From the sequence record NC_049826.1: a stretch of 51,662 nt of DNA; one strand, written 5' to 3'. Below the pieces are notes generated by a model. It saw nothing but the letters and a program-made list of their open reading frames with translations. It ran no database searches and had not been told where the DNA came from. Each line of letters opens with the position of its first letter. Positions within the stretch are counted from its first letter, which is position 1. Positions 34,543 through 43,621 of this stretch are shown here, one piece after another. The DNA comes from Escherichia phage aaroes. Position numbers and translations under genes: made by a program.

Positions 34543-37500
34543 ATGGCTGAAAATATGATAACTGGAAGTAAGGGTGGATCATCAAAACCTTATGTTCCAA
34601 AAGAGATGGAAGATAACCTGATCTCAATCAATAAAATCAAAATCCTTCTTGCAGTTTCCGATGGCGAGTGCGATCCAGATTTTACACTTCGCGATCTGTA
34701 TCTTGATGATGTTCCGGTAATTGCAGACGACGGAACTGTTAACTACCAGGGTGTGAGCGCAGAGTTTCGCCCAGGTACACAGACTCAAGATTACATCCAG
34801 GGATTTACTGACACATCAAGAGAAGTGACGCTGGCGCGTGATATTACTACGTCAAATCCTTATGTGATTTCCGTAACCAACAAAACATTATCTGCTATCA
34901 GAATCAAAATGCTAATGCCAACAGGCATTAAGCAAGAGGATAACGGCGATCTTGTCGGCGTTAAGGTTACTTATGCTGTTGATATGGCTGTTGACGGAGA
35001 CTCTTACAAAGAAGTATTGCGAGACACTATCGAAGGTAAAACGCGTTCCGGTTACGACAGAAGCAGAAGGATTGACCTTCCGGCATTCAATGATCGCGTA
35101 TTACTTAGGGTTAGAAGGATTACGGCAGACAGCGCATCTTCTCGTGTTACTGATCTGATTAAGCTACAAAGTTACGCTGAGGTTATTGATGCAAAATTCC
35201 GTTATCCTCTGACTGGTCTTGTATACGTTGAATTTGACAGTGAATTGTTTCCTAACCAGATCCCAAATATTTCAATCAAGAAAAAGTGGAAACTGATTAA
35301 TGTACCAAGCAACTATGATCCTGTATCTCGAGAGTATAGAGGTTCATGGGATGGAACATTCAAAAAAGCCTGGTCAAATAATCCAGCATGGGTGCTTTAC
35401 GACATCATTACAAATCAGCGTTATGGATTAGATCAGAGAGAGCTTGGTGTACAGGTTGATAAGTGGAGTCTTTACGAAGCTGCGCAATACTGCGATCAGA
35501 AAGTTCCAGACGGAAAAGGAGGCACAGAGCCACGCTATCTATGTGATGTTGTTATCCAGAGTCAGATTGAGGCTTATCAGCTTATTCGTGACATTTGCTC
35601 TATCTTCCGTGGAATGAGCTTTTGGAATGGCGAGAGTTTGTCAATCGTTATTGATAAACCACGCGATCCATCTTACATCTTCACAAATGATAACGTTGTT
35701 GATGGTGATTTCCAGTATACGACGGCAAGCGAAAAGAGCATGTACACGCAGTGCAACGTGACGTTCGACGACGAACAAAACATGTATCAACAGGACGTAG
35801 AGGGCGTATTCGACACCGAGGCAGCATTGCGCTTTGGATACAATCCTACAAGCATAACAGCGATCGGATGTACACGCAGGAGTGAGGCTAATCGGCGAGG
35901 TCGATGGATACTAAAAACCAACTTGCGCAGCACTACGGTAAACTTTGCTACCGGACTGGAAGGCATGATCCCATCAATAGGTGATGTGATTGCTATTGCT
36001 GACAATTTTCACAGCAGCAACCTTAAATTAAACCTATCAGGGCGCGTGATGGAAGTTTCCGGCTTGCAGGTGTTCGTTCCGTTTAAGATTGACGCGCGAC
36101 CAGGTGATTTCATTATCATCAACAAGCCGGACGGAAAGCCAGTTAAGCGCACAATCTCAAAAGTAAGCGGTGACGGAAAAACCATTGAGCTAAACATTGG
36201 GTTTGGGTTTGAAGTTAAGCCGGATACAGTTTTTGCAATCGACCGCACTGACATTGCGTTGCAGCAATATGTTGTAACGAGTATCGGAAAAGGTGATGAT
36301 GATGATGAATTTACATACTCCATCACGGCTGTTGAATATGACCCTAACAAATACGACGAGATTGATTACGGAGTAAACATTGACGACAGGCCAACTTCAA
36401 TTGTCCAGCCTGACACGATGGCAGCACCGGAAAACGTGCAAATATCCTCATACTCGCGAATTGTCCAGGGTGCAAGCGTTGAAACAATGGTTGTGTCGTG
36501 GGATAAAGTACCTTACGCATCACTGTATGAAATGCAATGGCGAAAAGGTGATGGCAACTGGCTGAATACACCACAGACCGCAAACAAAGAAATTGAGGTT
36601 GAAGGTATTTATTCAGGAAACTACCAGGTAAGGGTTAGATCTGTTTCTGCTTCAGGTTCTACGTCTCCGTGGTCCAGAATTGTGACAGCTTCACTGACTG
36701 GTAAGGTAGGAGAGCCAGGCGCTCCAGTTAACTTAACCGCATCCGACAATGAAGTTTTTGGTATTCGTGTTAAGTGGGGGATGCCAGAAGGGAGCGGAGA
36801 CACGGCATACATTGAGCTTCATCAGTCGCCGGATGGAACGGCTGAAAACTCAAGCCTGCTAACGCTGATCCCGTATCCACAATATGAATACTGGCATGGA
36901 ACGCTTCCGGCTGGTCATGTTGTATGGTATCGGATCAGGAGCGTAGACAGGATCGGCAACGTTTCCGGTTGGACTGATTTTGTTAGAGGTATGGCTTCAG
37001 ATGATGTTGAGGCTGTTTTAGGAGATATTCTTGACAAGATTTTTGATACTGAAGCAGGTCAGGATCTGAAAGAGAACGCCATTGACAGTGCAAACAAGAT
37101 AAAGGACCAGGCGCAAGCAATCATCCAGAATGCTCTTGCTAATGATGCTGATATTAAGTGGACGCGAGTACAAAACGGAAAGAGAAAGGCTGAATATGGT
37201 CACGCTCTTGAGCTTATAGCCACAGAGACTGAGGCACGAGTTACGCAGATTGAAGAATTGAGGGCGTCAATCGACGAGGATATTGTTTCAAGTATAAAGA
37301 CAGTGCAGGAGGCTATCGCCACAGAATCTGAAACGCGAGCAACTCAAATAAACGCTTTGGATTCAAAATTCACAACTGAAATTGACGGCGTAAAACGCGA
37401 TACAGCAGCAAGCATTAATCAGGTGAATCAAACAATTGCCAACGAATCTGAAGCGCGAGCGCAGGCCGTTAACGCTCTTGATGCGAAGTTCACAAAGGAG

Positions 37501-38121
37501 ATCGAAGATTTAAACGGAGTTATTAAGACTGAGGTTGAGGCTAACATCTCTGAAGTGAAACAGGCTATCGCTAACGAGACAGAAGCAAGGGTGCAGGCTG
37601 ACCAGGCGTTAACAGCTAAGTTCGGCGATGTTGAATCGGCATTAGCTCAAAAACTTGATTCATGGGCTAGTGTGTCGTCTGTTGGAGCTAAATACTCAAT
37701 GAAATTGGGGTTAACATACAACGGTCAACAGTACAGCGCAGGAATGGTAATGCAGCTTTCGCAGAGTTCATCCGGCCTTATCTCGCAGATTTTGTTTGAT
37801 GCGAACAGGTTCGCCATCATGACAAGTTCGACTGGCGGGGTGTATAAGCTACCTTTCGTGGTGGAAAATAACCAGGTATTCATTAACAGCCTGTTAGTGA
37901 AAAATGGTTCAATCACCAATGCGATGATCGGTAATTATATTCAGTCGAATAACTTTGTTGCTAATCAGCAGGGGTGGAGGCTGAATAAAAACGGCAGATT
38001 TGAGAACTACGGTTCTACATCTGGAGAAGGGGCCATGAAGTTGACCAACGAAACAATAAGTGTACGAGACGCAAACAGGCGCTTGCGTGTTCAGATTGGT
38101 AGGCTTACTGGTACATGGTAA
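34543..38121 (+). CDS. central tail fibre / host specificity protein (lambda gpJ-like)
   Basis: 1192 aa at the end of the M-L-K-I module; contains about four tandem ~40-aa coiled-coil repeats. Confidence 0.8.
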   Translation: MAENMITGSKGGSSKPYVPKEMEDNLISINKIKILLAVSDGECDPDFTLRDLYLDDVPVIADDGTVNYQGVSAEFRPGTQTQDYIQGFTDTSREVTLARDITTSNPYVISVTNKTLSAIRIKMLMPTGIKQEDNGDLVGVKVTYAVDMAVDGDSYKEVLRDTIEGKTRSGYDRSRRIDLPAFNDRVLLRVRRITADSASSRVTDLIKLQSYAEVIDAKFRYPLTGLVYVEFDSELFPNQIPNISIKKKWKLINVPSNYDPVSREYRGSWDGTFKKAWSNNPAWVLYDIITNQRYGLDQRELGVQVDKWSLYEAAQYCDQKVPDGKGGTEPRYLCDVVIQSQIEAYQLIRDICSIFRGMSFWNGESLSIVIDKPRDPSYIFTNDNVVDGDFQYTTASEKSMYTQCNVTFDDEQNMYQQDVEGVFDTEAALRFGYNPTSITAIGCTRRSEANRRGRWILKTNLRSTTVNFATGLEGMIPSIGDVIAIADNFHSSNLKLNLSGRVMEVSGLQVFVPFKIDARPGDFIIINKPDGKPVKRTISKVSGDGKTIELNIGFGFEVKPDTVFAIDRTDIALQQYVVTSIGKGDDDDEFTYSITAVEYDPNKYDEIDYGVNIDDRPTSIVQPDTMAAPENVQISSYSRIVQGASVETMVVSWDKVPYASLYEMQWRKGDGNWLNTPQTANKEIEVEGIYSGNYQVRVRSVSASGSTSPWSRIVTASLTGKVGEPGAPVNLTASDNEVFGIRVKWGMPEGSGDTAYIELHQSPDGTAENSSLLTLIPYPQYEYWHGTLPAGHVVWYRIRSVDRIGNVSGWTDFVRGMASDDVEAVLGDILDKIFDTEAGQDLKENAIDSANKIKDQAQAIIQNALANDADIKWTRVQNGKRKAEYGHALELIATETEARVTQIEELRASIDEDIVSSIKTVQEAIATESETRATQINALDSKFTTEIDGVKRDTAASINQVNQTIANESEARAQAVNALDAKFTKEIEDLNGVIKTEVEANISEVKQAIANETEARVQADQALTAKFGDVESALAQKLDSWASVSSVGAKYSMKLGLTYNGQQYSAGMVMQLSQSSSGLISQILFDANRFAIMTSSTGGVYKLPFVVENNQVFINSLLVKNGSITNAMIGNYIQSNNFVANQQGWRLNKNGRFENYGSTSGEGAMKLTNETISVRDANRRLRVQIGRLTGTW

Positions 38122-38164
38122 AATCAAAGCGGGGCGATTGCCCCGCATTTATGGAGGTTTAATA

Positions 38165-38470
38165 ATGGCTGAATATGGTGTTTCAACGTGGGATGCTAAC
38201 GGGAAGTATAACAACTACGGAATCAAGCCAGTTTCCGTTGTTGGTGTCATCAGCCTTGCCGCTGGTCAGACAAGCGGATCGTGGAGCTTTAGCATTCCAA
38301 GTGGTTTTAAGGTTGGGTATGTTGTTTCACTTGATGAAGGTGCTAGAGGAGTTGGAAGGGAAATAGTAGCATCTGGAAATACAATAAGAATTAGTCCTAC
38401 ATCGTCAATCGGTGCAAATAGGTATTCTTCTTCAAAGTGCGAGTTAGTTGTTTTTCTTGAGAGGGTTTAA
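38165..38470 (+). CDS. hypothetical tail-associated protein, MAEYG paralog 1 (101 aa)
   Basis: GGAGG RBS; shares N-terminus MAEYG...WDANGK with the next ORF. Confidence 0.45.
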   Translation: MAEYGVSTWDANGKYNNYGIKPVSVVGVISLAAGQTSGSWSFSIPSGFKVGYVVSLDEGARGVGREIVASGNTIRISPTSSIGANRYSSSKCELVVFLERV

Positions 38471-38472
38471 AA

Positions 38473-39111
38473 ATGGCTGAGTATGGAGCAATGTTATCAT
38501 TATCAAATGGGAATCCATTTGTTACACCAAAATCAACGCCATTTTGCTTATATGGCAAGTACACTTATTCATCTTCAGGTACTTCTGCCTATCATAGCGC
38601 AAGCGCAAATATACCAGTAAATCAATCTTATCCATGCATGGCATTTATAAAAACAACAAACACACAGCAGCCAACTGCATTAATAGCTTACAGGAACGGT
38701 GGTAACATTTATGTAAACGGAGGAAATCCATACGGGCAATCATTTACAATGACTGTTTATATATTCGCTATATTCCCTCAAACTCTACCAAAATATGGTA
38801 TGGCTATATGGGATGCAAGCGGCAAGTTGGTTTTAACTAATGAAAGCAGGGTGCTAACAGACCTTGTGACAATTGGTACTCCTGGTTCTTCAGGGGGAAC
38901 GAATATAGATCAGACATTATCTGGTTCTTATGCTGTTTGCCCATCAAGGCTTGGTGCGGTTATAGGCATGGGTGCGTCTGACATATATACATCATGCAGG
39001 TATAATGGTTCAGTCACAAGGATAGGTGCAGCAAGGACAACTCCAGGGACGGGTTCTATAACAAATAACGGAAATTCAATAATTGCAATAAAGACTGATA
39101 TTTACGACTAA
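38473..39111 (+). CDS. hypothetical tail-associated protein, MAEYG paralog 2 (212 aa), possible receptor-binding accessory
   Basis: N-terminus MAEYG and a later IWDASGK block; Ser/Thr/Gly/Asn-rich. Confidence 0.45.
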   Translation: MAEYGAMLSLSNGNPFVTPKSTPFCLYGKYTYSSSGTSAYHSASANIPVNQSYPCMAFIKTTNTQQPTALIAYRNGGNIYVNGGNPYGQSFTMTVYIFAIFPQTLPKYGMAIWDASGKLVLTNESRVLTDLVTIGTPGSSGGTNIDQTLSGSYAVCPSRLGAVIGMGASDIYTSCRYNGSVTRIGAARTTPGTGSITNNGNSIIAIKTDIYD

Positions 39112-39113
39112 TG

Positions 39114-39142
39114 AAAAAGGGGCTTTCGCCCCTTTGTTTTTA
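39114..39142. terminator. bidirectional intrinsic terminator between convergent genes
   Basis: AAAAA-GGGGC-tttc-GCCCC-TTTgTTTTT. Confidence 0.8.
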
Positions 39143-39143
39143 T

Positions 39144-39371
39144 TTAAAGACTGCAATCAGCGTTTTTAAAGTTGTCAATGCTTACCCACTGAAAATTAAA
39201 CGGATAGCCAGCCTTAACAAGAGTGCGTTCGCCAACTCGTTTTACTCCAAAAATAGCAACTGAATACTGCATACCGCTATTTTCATAAATAGCCGTGCAT
39301 TCACGTTTAGGCATATTTGCGCAACCAGTCAGGGTTACGGCTGCAATCAAAACGGCGATTAACTTTTTCAT
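39144..39371 (-). CDS. cor: small outer-membrane lipoprotein, Cor-like superinfection-exclusion candidate
   Basis: 75 aa, signal peptide with lipobox LTGC; AAGGAG RBS; size, lipobox and location resemble Cor of T1/phi80/N15. Confidence 0.5.
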   Translation of the reverse strand: MKKLIAVLIAAVTLTGCANMPKRECTAIYENSGMQYSVAIFGVKRVGERTLVKAGYPFNFQWVSIDNFKNADCSL

Positions 39372-39447
39372 GTTGGTGTCTCCTTCGTTGTTGTTGGTTG
39401 CAACTATACACGATCTTACAGCAGGCGTTTAGCAAAAAGTGCTATTC
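39372..39447 (-). promoter_or_regulatory. early-type promoter cassette for the lipoprotein gene (core variant GAATAGCACTTTTTGCTAAA)
   Basis: Core, TATAGT, leader CGAAGGAGACACC before ATG; here the TAG in the core is not a stop of any upstream gene. Confidence 0.45.
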
Positions 39448-39479
39448 TGTTCTTTTTGTTCTCCTGCGTTCTCAAATCT

Positions 39480-39800
39480 GCGGAGGCGTAAATTTAGAGT
39501 AAAAAGTGAGCAATAACAGAGCGCGATATATACAGATAAATATATATACATACATATAAATCAATAAGTTAGTAGTATATATATTAATGTTTGTTCTTTA
39601 TTGTTATCTGTGTTTTGTGTGATTTTGTGTGTCTGGTGATTTTTCTGTGATTATGCATGTGTCAGTGGTTATGTGTGTCTATATATCTATATCCGTCGCA
39701 AATTGAGGAACAAGAGAACAAAAAGACAACAAAGATATTTATCAATCACTTACATGTAAGTTTTGTTATCCAAGTTGGCGAGAACGTTGTTAAAACAGAA
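39480..39800. other. second AT-rich, TGTG-iteron non-coding control region (homologous to 9720-10060)
   Basis: No ORF; shares ATAAATCAATAAGTTA (39556-39571) and TGTTCTTTATTGTT with the first region; repeated GTGTGATTTT / GTGATT units. Confidence 0.5.
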
Positions 39801-39815
39801 AAAACAAAATAACTA

Positions 39816-39843
39816 TTGACTAAACGCATCAAATAGCTACAAT
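39816..39843 (+). promoter_or_regulatory. sigma70-type promoter for the recombination module
   Basis: TTGACT, 16-nt spacer, TACAAT, about 30 nt upstream of ATG 39873. Confidence 0.5.
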
Positions 39844-39872
39844 GCAGACATACCAACCAATGAGGGCAAATC

Positions 39873-40934
39873 ATGAATAAGTTTATGGCGTACACCAGCG
39901 AAGAAATGAGTAATGAGCTTTATCACGATCCAGAAGCGTGGACGGCTGATTATGTTAGTGGATCAAGCCTGGCCGAGATTTACAGCACATGCCCGGCGGC
40001 GTGGAAGTTCAAGCCTCGTGACGATAAGAGCAAGGCGCTTGTTTTCGGTACGCAGTCGCATACCAACTTTGAGAGCAAGGAGCTTTTCGAAAAAACATAT
40101 CGCCGAGCGCCAGCGCCAGAAGACTTTAAGGATCTGATAACTAGCCAAACTGCGCTTGCCGCAAAACTGAAATCATTTGGCCTGAAAGGTACAACCGGAA
40201 AGACTTATCCAGACCTTATCAAAATGATGGTAGATTGCGGAGAAGACCTTAACGTCATGTGGTTAATCGACATGATCGCAGAAAGCCAGGCCAGGGCCGA
40301 CGGAGTGCAGTTAATCGACGCTAAAGACTACGACGCTTGCGTTGCAATGCGCCAGGTTCTGGAATCAATACCGGAACATAACGCATGTATGAATAGCAAG
40401 ACAGCACAACGTGAATTATCGTTGTTCGGTGAAATCAACGGCGTAAAAGTCAAAGTGCGATGCGATCACGTTGACGTAACAAAGAACGTAACAGCAACTT
40501 TGATTGATGGTTACGATGAAAAAGGTCAACCGATTTGCCGCGATATTATTTATCCAGAGGCGATTGTGATCACTGACTACAAAACAACAATGAGCGCTAA
40601 TCCGGTTGAGTTTATGCGCCTGGCTTACAATCACGGCTATTATCTTAAAATGGCGTTGCAATGTGATTTATTCAGGAAAGCGTATCCAGAAGAAAAGCGA
40701 CCTATAGTTGTGCGCCTGTTAGCGCAAGAGAAGAAAGAGCCTTATTTGCCGCTGGCTTTCCGCATGAATAGCGAGCAATTAAAGATCGGGCGCATTCAGT
40801 ACATGAGCGTGATTAACCAGTTTTCCATGTGCCAGCAGCATGACGTTTGGCCTTCGTATTCAAACGGTGAGCCGGAGGTTTGCCTTGATACTCCTGATTG
40901 GGTGCGCCGCCAGTTTAAGCAATATCTTATTTAA
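39873..40934 (+). CDS. PD-(D/E)XK exonuclease (RecB/Cas4/YqaJ-like)
   Basis: IVITDYKTT motif (D-x-K core) with upstream acidic residues; sits in the recombination module with Erf and SSB. Confidence 0.5.
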   Translation: MNKFMAYTSEEMSNELYHDPEAWTADYVSGSSLAEIYSTCPAAWKFKPRDDKSKALVFGTQSHTNFESKELFEKTYRRAPAPEDFKDLITSQTALAAKLKSFGLKGTTGKTYPDLIKMMVDCGEDLNVMWLIDMIAESQARADGVQLIDAKDYDACVAMRQVLESIPEHNACMNSKTAQRELSLFGEINGVKVKVRCDHVDVTKNVTATLIDGYDEKGQPICRDIIYPEAIVITDYKTTMSANPVEFMRLAYNHGYYLKMALQCDLFRKAYPEEKRPIVVRLLAQEKKEPYLPLAFRMNSEQLKIGRIQYMSVINQFSMCQQHDVWPSYSNGEPEVCLDTPDWVRRQFKQYLI

Positions 40935-41015
40935 ACAGCACAAATAGCTAAACAAATGAAAAATGCGGTGTTATAATTCACCGCATAAGTTAACAACAAG
41001 CGTAAGGAAATAAAC
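40935..41015 (+). promoter_or_regulatory. degenerate cassette: core remnant plus hairpin with TATAAT in the loop
   Basis: AAATAGCTAAAC, then stem ATGCGGTG / CACCGCAT with loop TTATAATT, then RBS AAGGAAATAAAC. Confidence 0.4.
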
Positions 41016-41282
41016 ATGGAAAACAAACAAGTTTCAGAGGTAGCAGTTCACATCAATAATTTTGCCACCGGCATGGCTATGTTGCTTCGTGACTTTGTGG
41101 CGCCGCTTGACCCAACGGCAGGCGCAGAAGAAATGGAGTACATCAGAAAAGTAATGGATGCAGTCGATAACGTCGTACTCATTGCAACAATGAGCGAAGA
41201 CAACGAGGAAGCAATCAAGGCGGTAAAAGAAAGTTCTGATCGCATGATGGAAAATCTGATTAAATTACACACCAAAGAATAA
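41016..41282 (+). CDS. hypothetical acidic protein (88 aa)
   Basis: ORF between the exonuclease and Erf genes. Confidence 0.45.
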   Translation: MENKQVSEVAVHINNFATGMAMLLRDFVAPLDPTAGAEEMEYIRKVMDAVDNVVLIATMSEDNEEAIKAVKESSDRMMENLIKLHTKE

Positions 41283-41339
41283 ACAAAGCATTAACAGCAA
41301 TAAGGCGGCGAAAGCCGCCATGAATTACGGGAATTAATC

Positions 41340-41996
41340 ATGAAACTATCAGAGCAATTCGATAAGGTTTTACCAGCACTGCATAAGGCGCGTAGTTTGT
41401 TTGTAAAGGTGAAGAAGGATAAGCAAAACACTCACCTTAAAAACCGTTACGCAACACTTGATGCCGTACTTGATGCAATCACTCCGGCGCTAAACGATAA
41501 CGAATTAATGCTTATGCAGGATATGATTGAAAGCGATCAGCCAAATAGGATTAAAGTTGAAACGACAGTTCTTCATGTGTCCGGTCAGTACGTTAAATTC
41601 TATGCTGAGCTACCAATCGTTAAAAACGATCCTCAAGGTGTCGGATCTGCATTCACATACGCGCGTCGTTATGCAGCCGCAGCTGCATTTGGCTTAAGCC
41701 AGGCAGACGATGACGCACAGATTGCCGTTAAATCTGCAAACGACTGGAAGCGTGACATTGAGAAATGCGAAAGCGTAAACGAATTACAAGAAGTGCTCAA
41801 ATCAGCATGGAAGGCAAGCGATCCGGCAAGCAAGCAGGTAATTAAAGAGCATTACGAAAAGCGCAAGGCAGAACTTGAGATCGGAAAAGCACGAGGATTT
41901 AATCCAGCGCAACCAAAACAAAATCTTGCCGCTCAAGACGTTGACACAAAAAACGACGAGCAAGTAAAATCACAAAGCATAACTGACTTTGAATAA
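41340..41996 (+). CDS. erf: Erf-family single-strand annealing protein
   Basis: [16 protein letters not shown] and [21 protein letters not shown] blocks match the Erf pattern as I recall it from P22 Erf. Confidence 0.6.
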   Translation: MKLSEQFDKVLPALHKARSLFVKVKKDKQNTHLKNRYATLDAVLDAITPALNDNELMLMQDMIESDQPNRIKVETTVLHVSGQYVKFYAELPIVKNDPQGVGSAFTYARRYAAAAAFGLSQADDDAQIAVKSANDWKRDIEKCESVNELQEVLKSAWKASDPASKQVIKEHYEKRKAELEIGKARGFNPAQPKQNLAAQDVDTKNDEQVKSQSITDFE

Positions 41997-42003
41997 TTGA
42001 CAT

Positions 42004-42025
42004 GGGGCGCTTGCGCCCCTTTCTT
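42004..42025 (+). terminator. intrinsic terminator
   Basis: GGGGCG-cttg-CGCCCC followed by TTTCTT. Confidence 0.65.
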
Positions 42026-42040
42026 ACAGGAGAATAAATA

Positions 42041-42487
42041 ATGCATATTATTACTGGTGAGATCCGAAAAGAGCCGCGAGTAAAGCAAATGCCTAACGGC
42101 AGCACACTTTATGTGGTTGAACTTTCAGAGCGATATAAAGATAAAGATGGAAACTGGCAATATACAAACTACAGTTTCTTTTTTAATGCCAAAACAGAAG
42201 GTCTTAATGGTTGGTATTCTGAGGCGTTCCAGGTTGGCAAGGTTATTTCTGTATCTTGCGACACGCTGCGCATTGAAACGCGCGAATATAACGGCAAGAC
42301 ATATTCAAGTTTGATGACTGGCGGATTTGCAAATCTTATATTCAGCCAGCGCGGAGAAGGTCAGCCGCAACAGCAACAACAAGGCGGATGGGGACAACCA
42401 CAGCAACATAATCAACCACAGCAACAGCAACAACCAAGACAAAGCAATCAGCCTCCTATGGACTTTGACGACGACATCCCTTTCTGA
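42041..42487 (+). CDS. ssb: single-stranded DNA-binding protein
   Basis: OB-fold-sized N-terminal domain, Gln/Gly-rich linker, C-terminal acidic tip DFDDDIPF identical to the E. coli SSB tip. Confidence 0.85.
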   Translation: MHIITGEIRKEPRVKQMPNGSTLYVVELSERYKDKDGNWQYTNYSFFFNAKTEGLNGWYSEAFQVGKVISVSCDTLRIETREYNGKTYSSLMTGGFANLIFSQRGEGQPQQQQQGGWGQPQQHNQPQQQQQPRQSNQPPMDFDDDIPF

Positions 42488-42492
42488 TCAAC

Positions 42493-42516
42493 AAAGGGGC
42501 ATTACGCCCCTTTTTC
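42493..42516. terminator. bidirectional terminator between convergent genes
   Basis: AAA-GGGGC-attac-GCCCC-TTTTT; the minus-strand stop codon lies in the loop. Confidence 0.75.
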
Positions 42517-42759
42517 ACTTTCAGCCATTCCAAGAACAGCAATCACCTTAACAGCAATTCGCTTTGCAAGTTCAGTTTGATGAGCGTTCAGCTTTCCGGT
42601 GGTCATTATTGACAACATTCCGCTCATACTTCCAAGCCCGTTAAAATCTGACATTGCAGATTTCATTATTGATATTGGTGAATGACCATCATCAGCTATT
42701 GTGTGCGCTCTCTCTGATAGGTCTTTAACTACCTGATCTATTCCTTCACTTTTCTTCAT
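42502..42759 (-). CDS. hypothetical protein (85 aa)
   Basis: ORF; start overlaps the upstream stop. Confidence 0.45.
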   Translation of the reverse strand: MKKSEGIDQVVKDLSERAHTIADDGHSPISIMKSAMSDFNGLGSMSGMLSIMTTGKLNAHQTELAKRIAVKVIAVLGMAESEKGA

Positions 42760-43237
42760 TTGCTTTTCCTTCAGGCGTTGATTGTTGTTCTGGCATTACA
42801 GGCCACGGGCTAATTGATTCCCTTTCTGCTATTGGCCTTTCAGGTTCAACCCCTAAAAACTTTCCTACAAACTCACCAACAAAATTTGAGCTATCGCTTA
42901 CATAAACATGCATCCTGTCTAGATCTGCAACAGTAACGCTATTTGGCGCGATCATGATCCTCTGTTGGTGAAAACCGATATACATCACATTAGCCGGACG
43001 CTCAATAGTTCCCATATTTGGCGCAATTACGCCCATTATCCAACAATAATGAATGTTGCCATCAAGCGGCTCACATCCAGCGTTAAGCCAGTTTACTTTC
43101 TGGTGTGGGAATGCCATTGATGAATCAGTAGCATCACGCCGCAACGACCATTTAACGCCTCCAATCTCAATGATTTGTTTTGGCCTCATTCCGTTGAATT
43201 GAGTCACGCCAGCGCCATTTTGATTAATGTTTTGCAT
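42746..43237 (-). CDS. hypothetical protein (163 aa)
   Basis: AAGGTG RBS before ATG 43237. Confidence 0.5.
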   Translation of the reverse strand: MQNINQNGAGVTQFNGMRPKQIIEIGGVKWSLRRDATDSSMAFPHQKVNWLNAGCEPLDGNIHYCWIMGVIAPNMGTIERPANVMYIGFHQQRIMIAPNSVTVADLDRMHVYVSDSSNFVGEFVGKFLGVEPERPIAERESISPWPVMPEQQSTPEGKANEEK

Positions 43238-43251
43238 ATCGGTTCACCTTG

Positions 43252-43575
43252 TTACATTGATTTCATTTTACGCAATGCGCAGATACAAGCGGCAGCAAGA
43301 TCGGTTAATTCTTTCTCAATGCCATGATGCGATCCGTCTGCCTTTTCTGTCATTAGCTCTTTGTATTCCATTTCTACAATCGACATTAAGCCGCCCGGCT
43401 TGTCAATGTGTGCGTCCCAGGTCTTAGGATGGTGCTTAGTTCTTTCAATAACACTTCCCATAACTGCATCATGTTCATGATCTCGATCATAATCTCTATC
43501 ATGGCCATTTCCTTCAATTACTACTCGCGGCAAATGCACGCGCGGTAAATGATAGCCAGCGACAAGAATTTTCAT
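43252..43575 (-). CDS. hypothetical His/Asp-rich protein (107 aa)
   Basis: ORF after a terminator; HDRDYDRDHEHD segment (possible metal binding). Confidence 0.45.
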   Translation of the reverse strand: MKILVAGYHLPRVHLPRVVIEGNGHDRDYDRDHEHDAVMGSVIERTKHHPKTWDAHIDKPGGLMSIVEMEYKELMTEKADGSHHGIEKELTDLAAACICALRKMKSM

Positions 43576-43591
43576 AAGTATATCCCCTTAT

Positions 43592-43615
43592 AAAAAAGCG
43601 CCTCGAAAGGCGCTT
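43592..43615 (-). terminator. intrinsic terminator (minus strand)
   Basis: AAGCGCCT-ttcg-AGGCGCTT then TTTTTT on the minus strand. Confidence 0.8.
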
Positions 43616-43621
43616 GATTTA

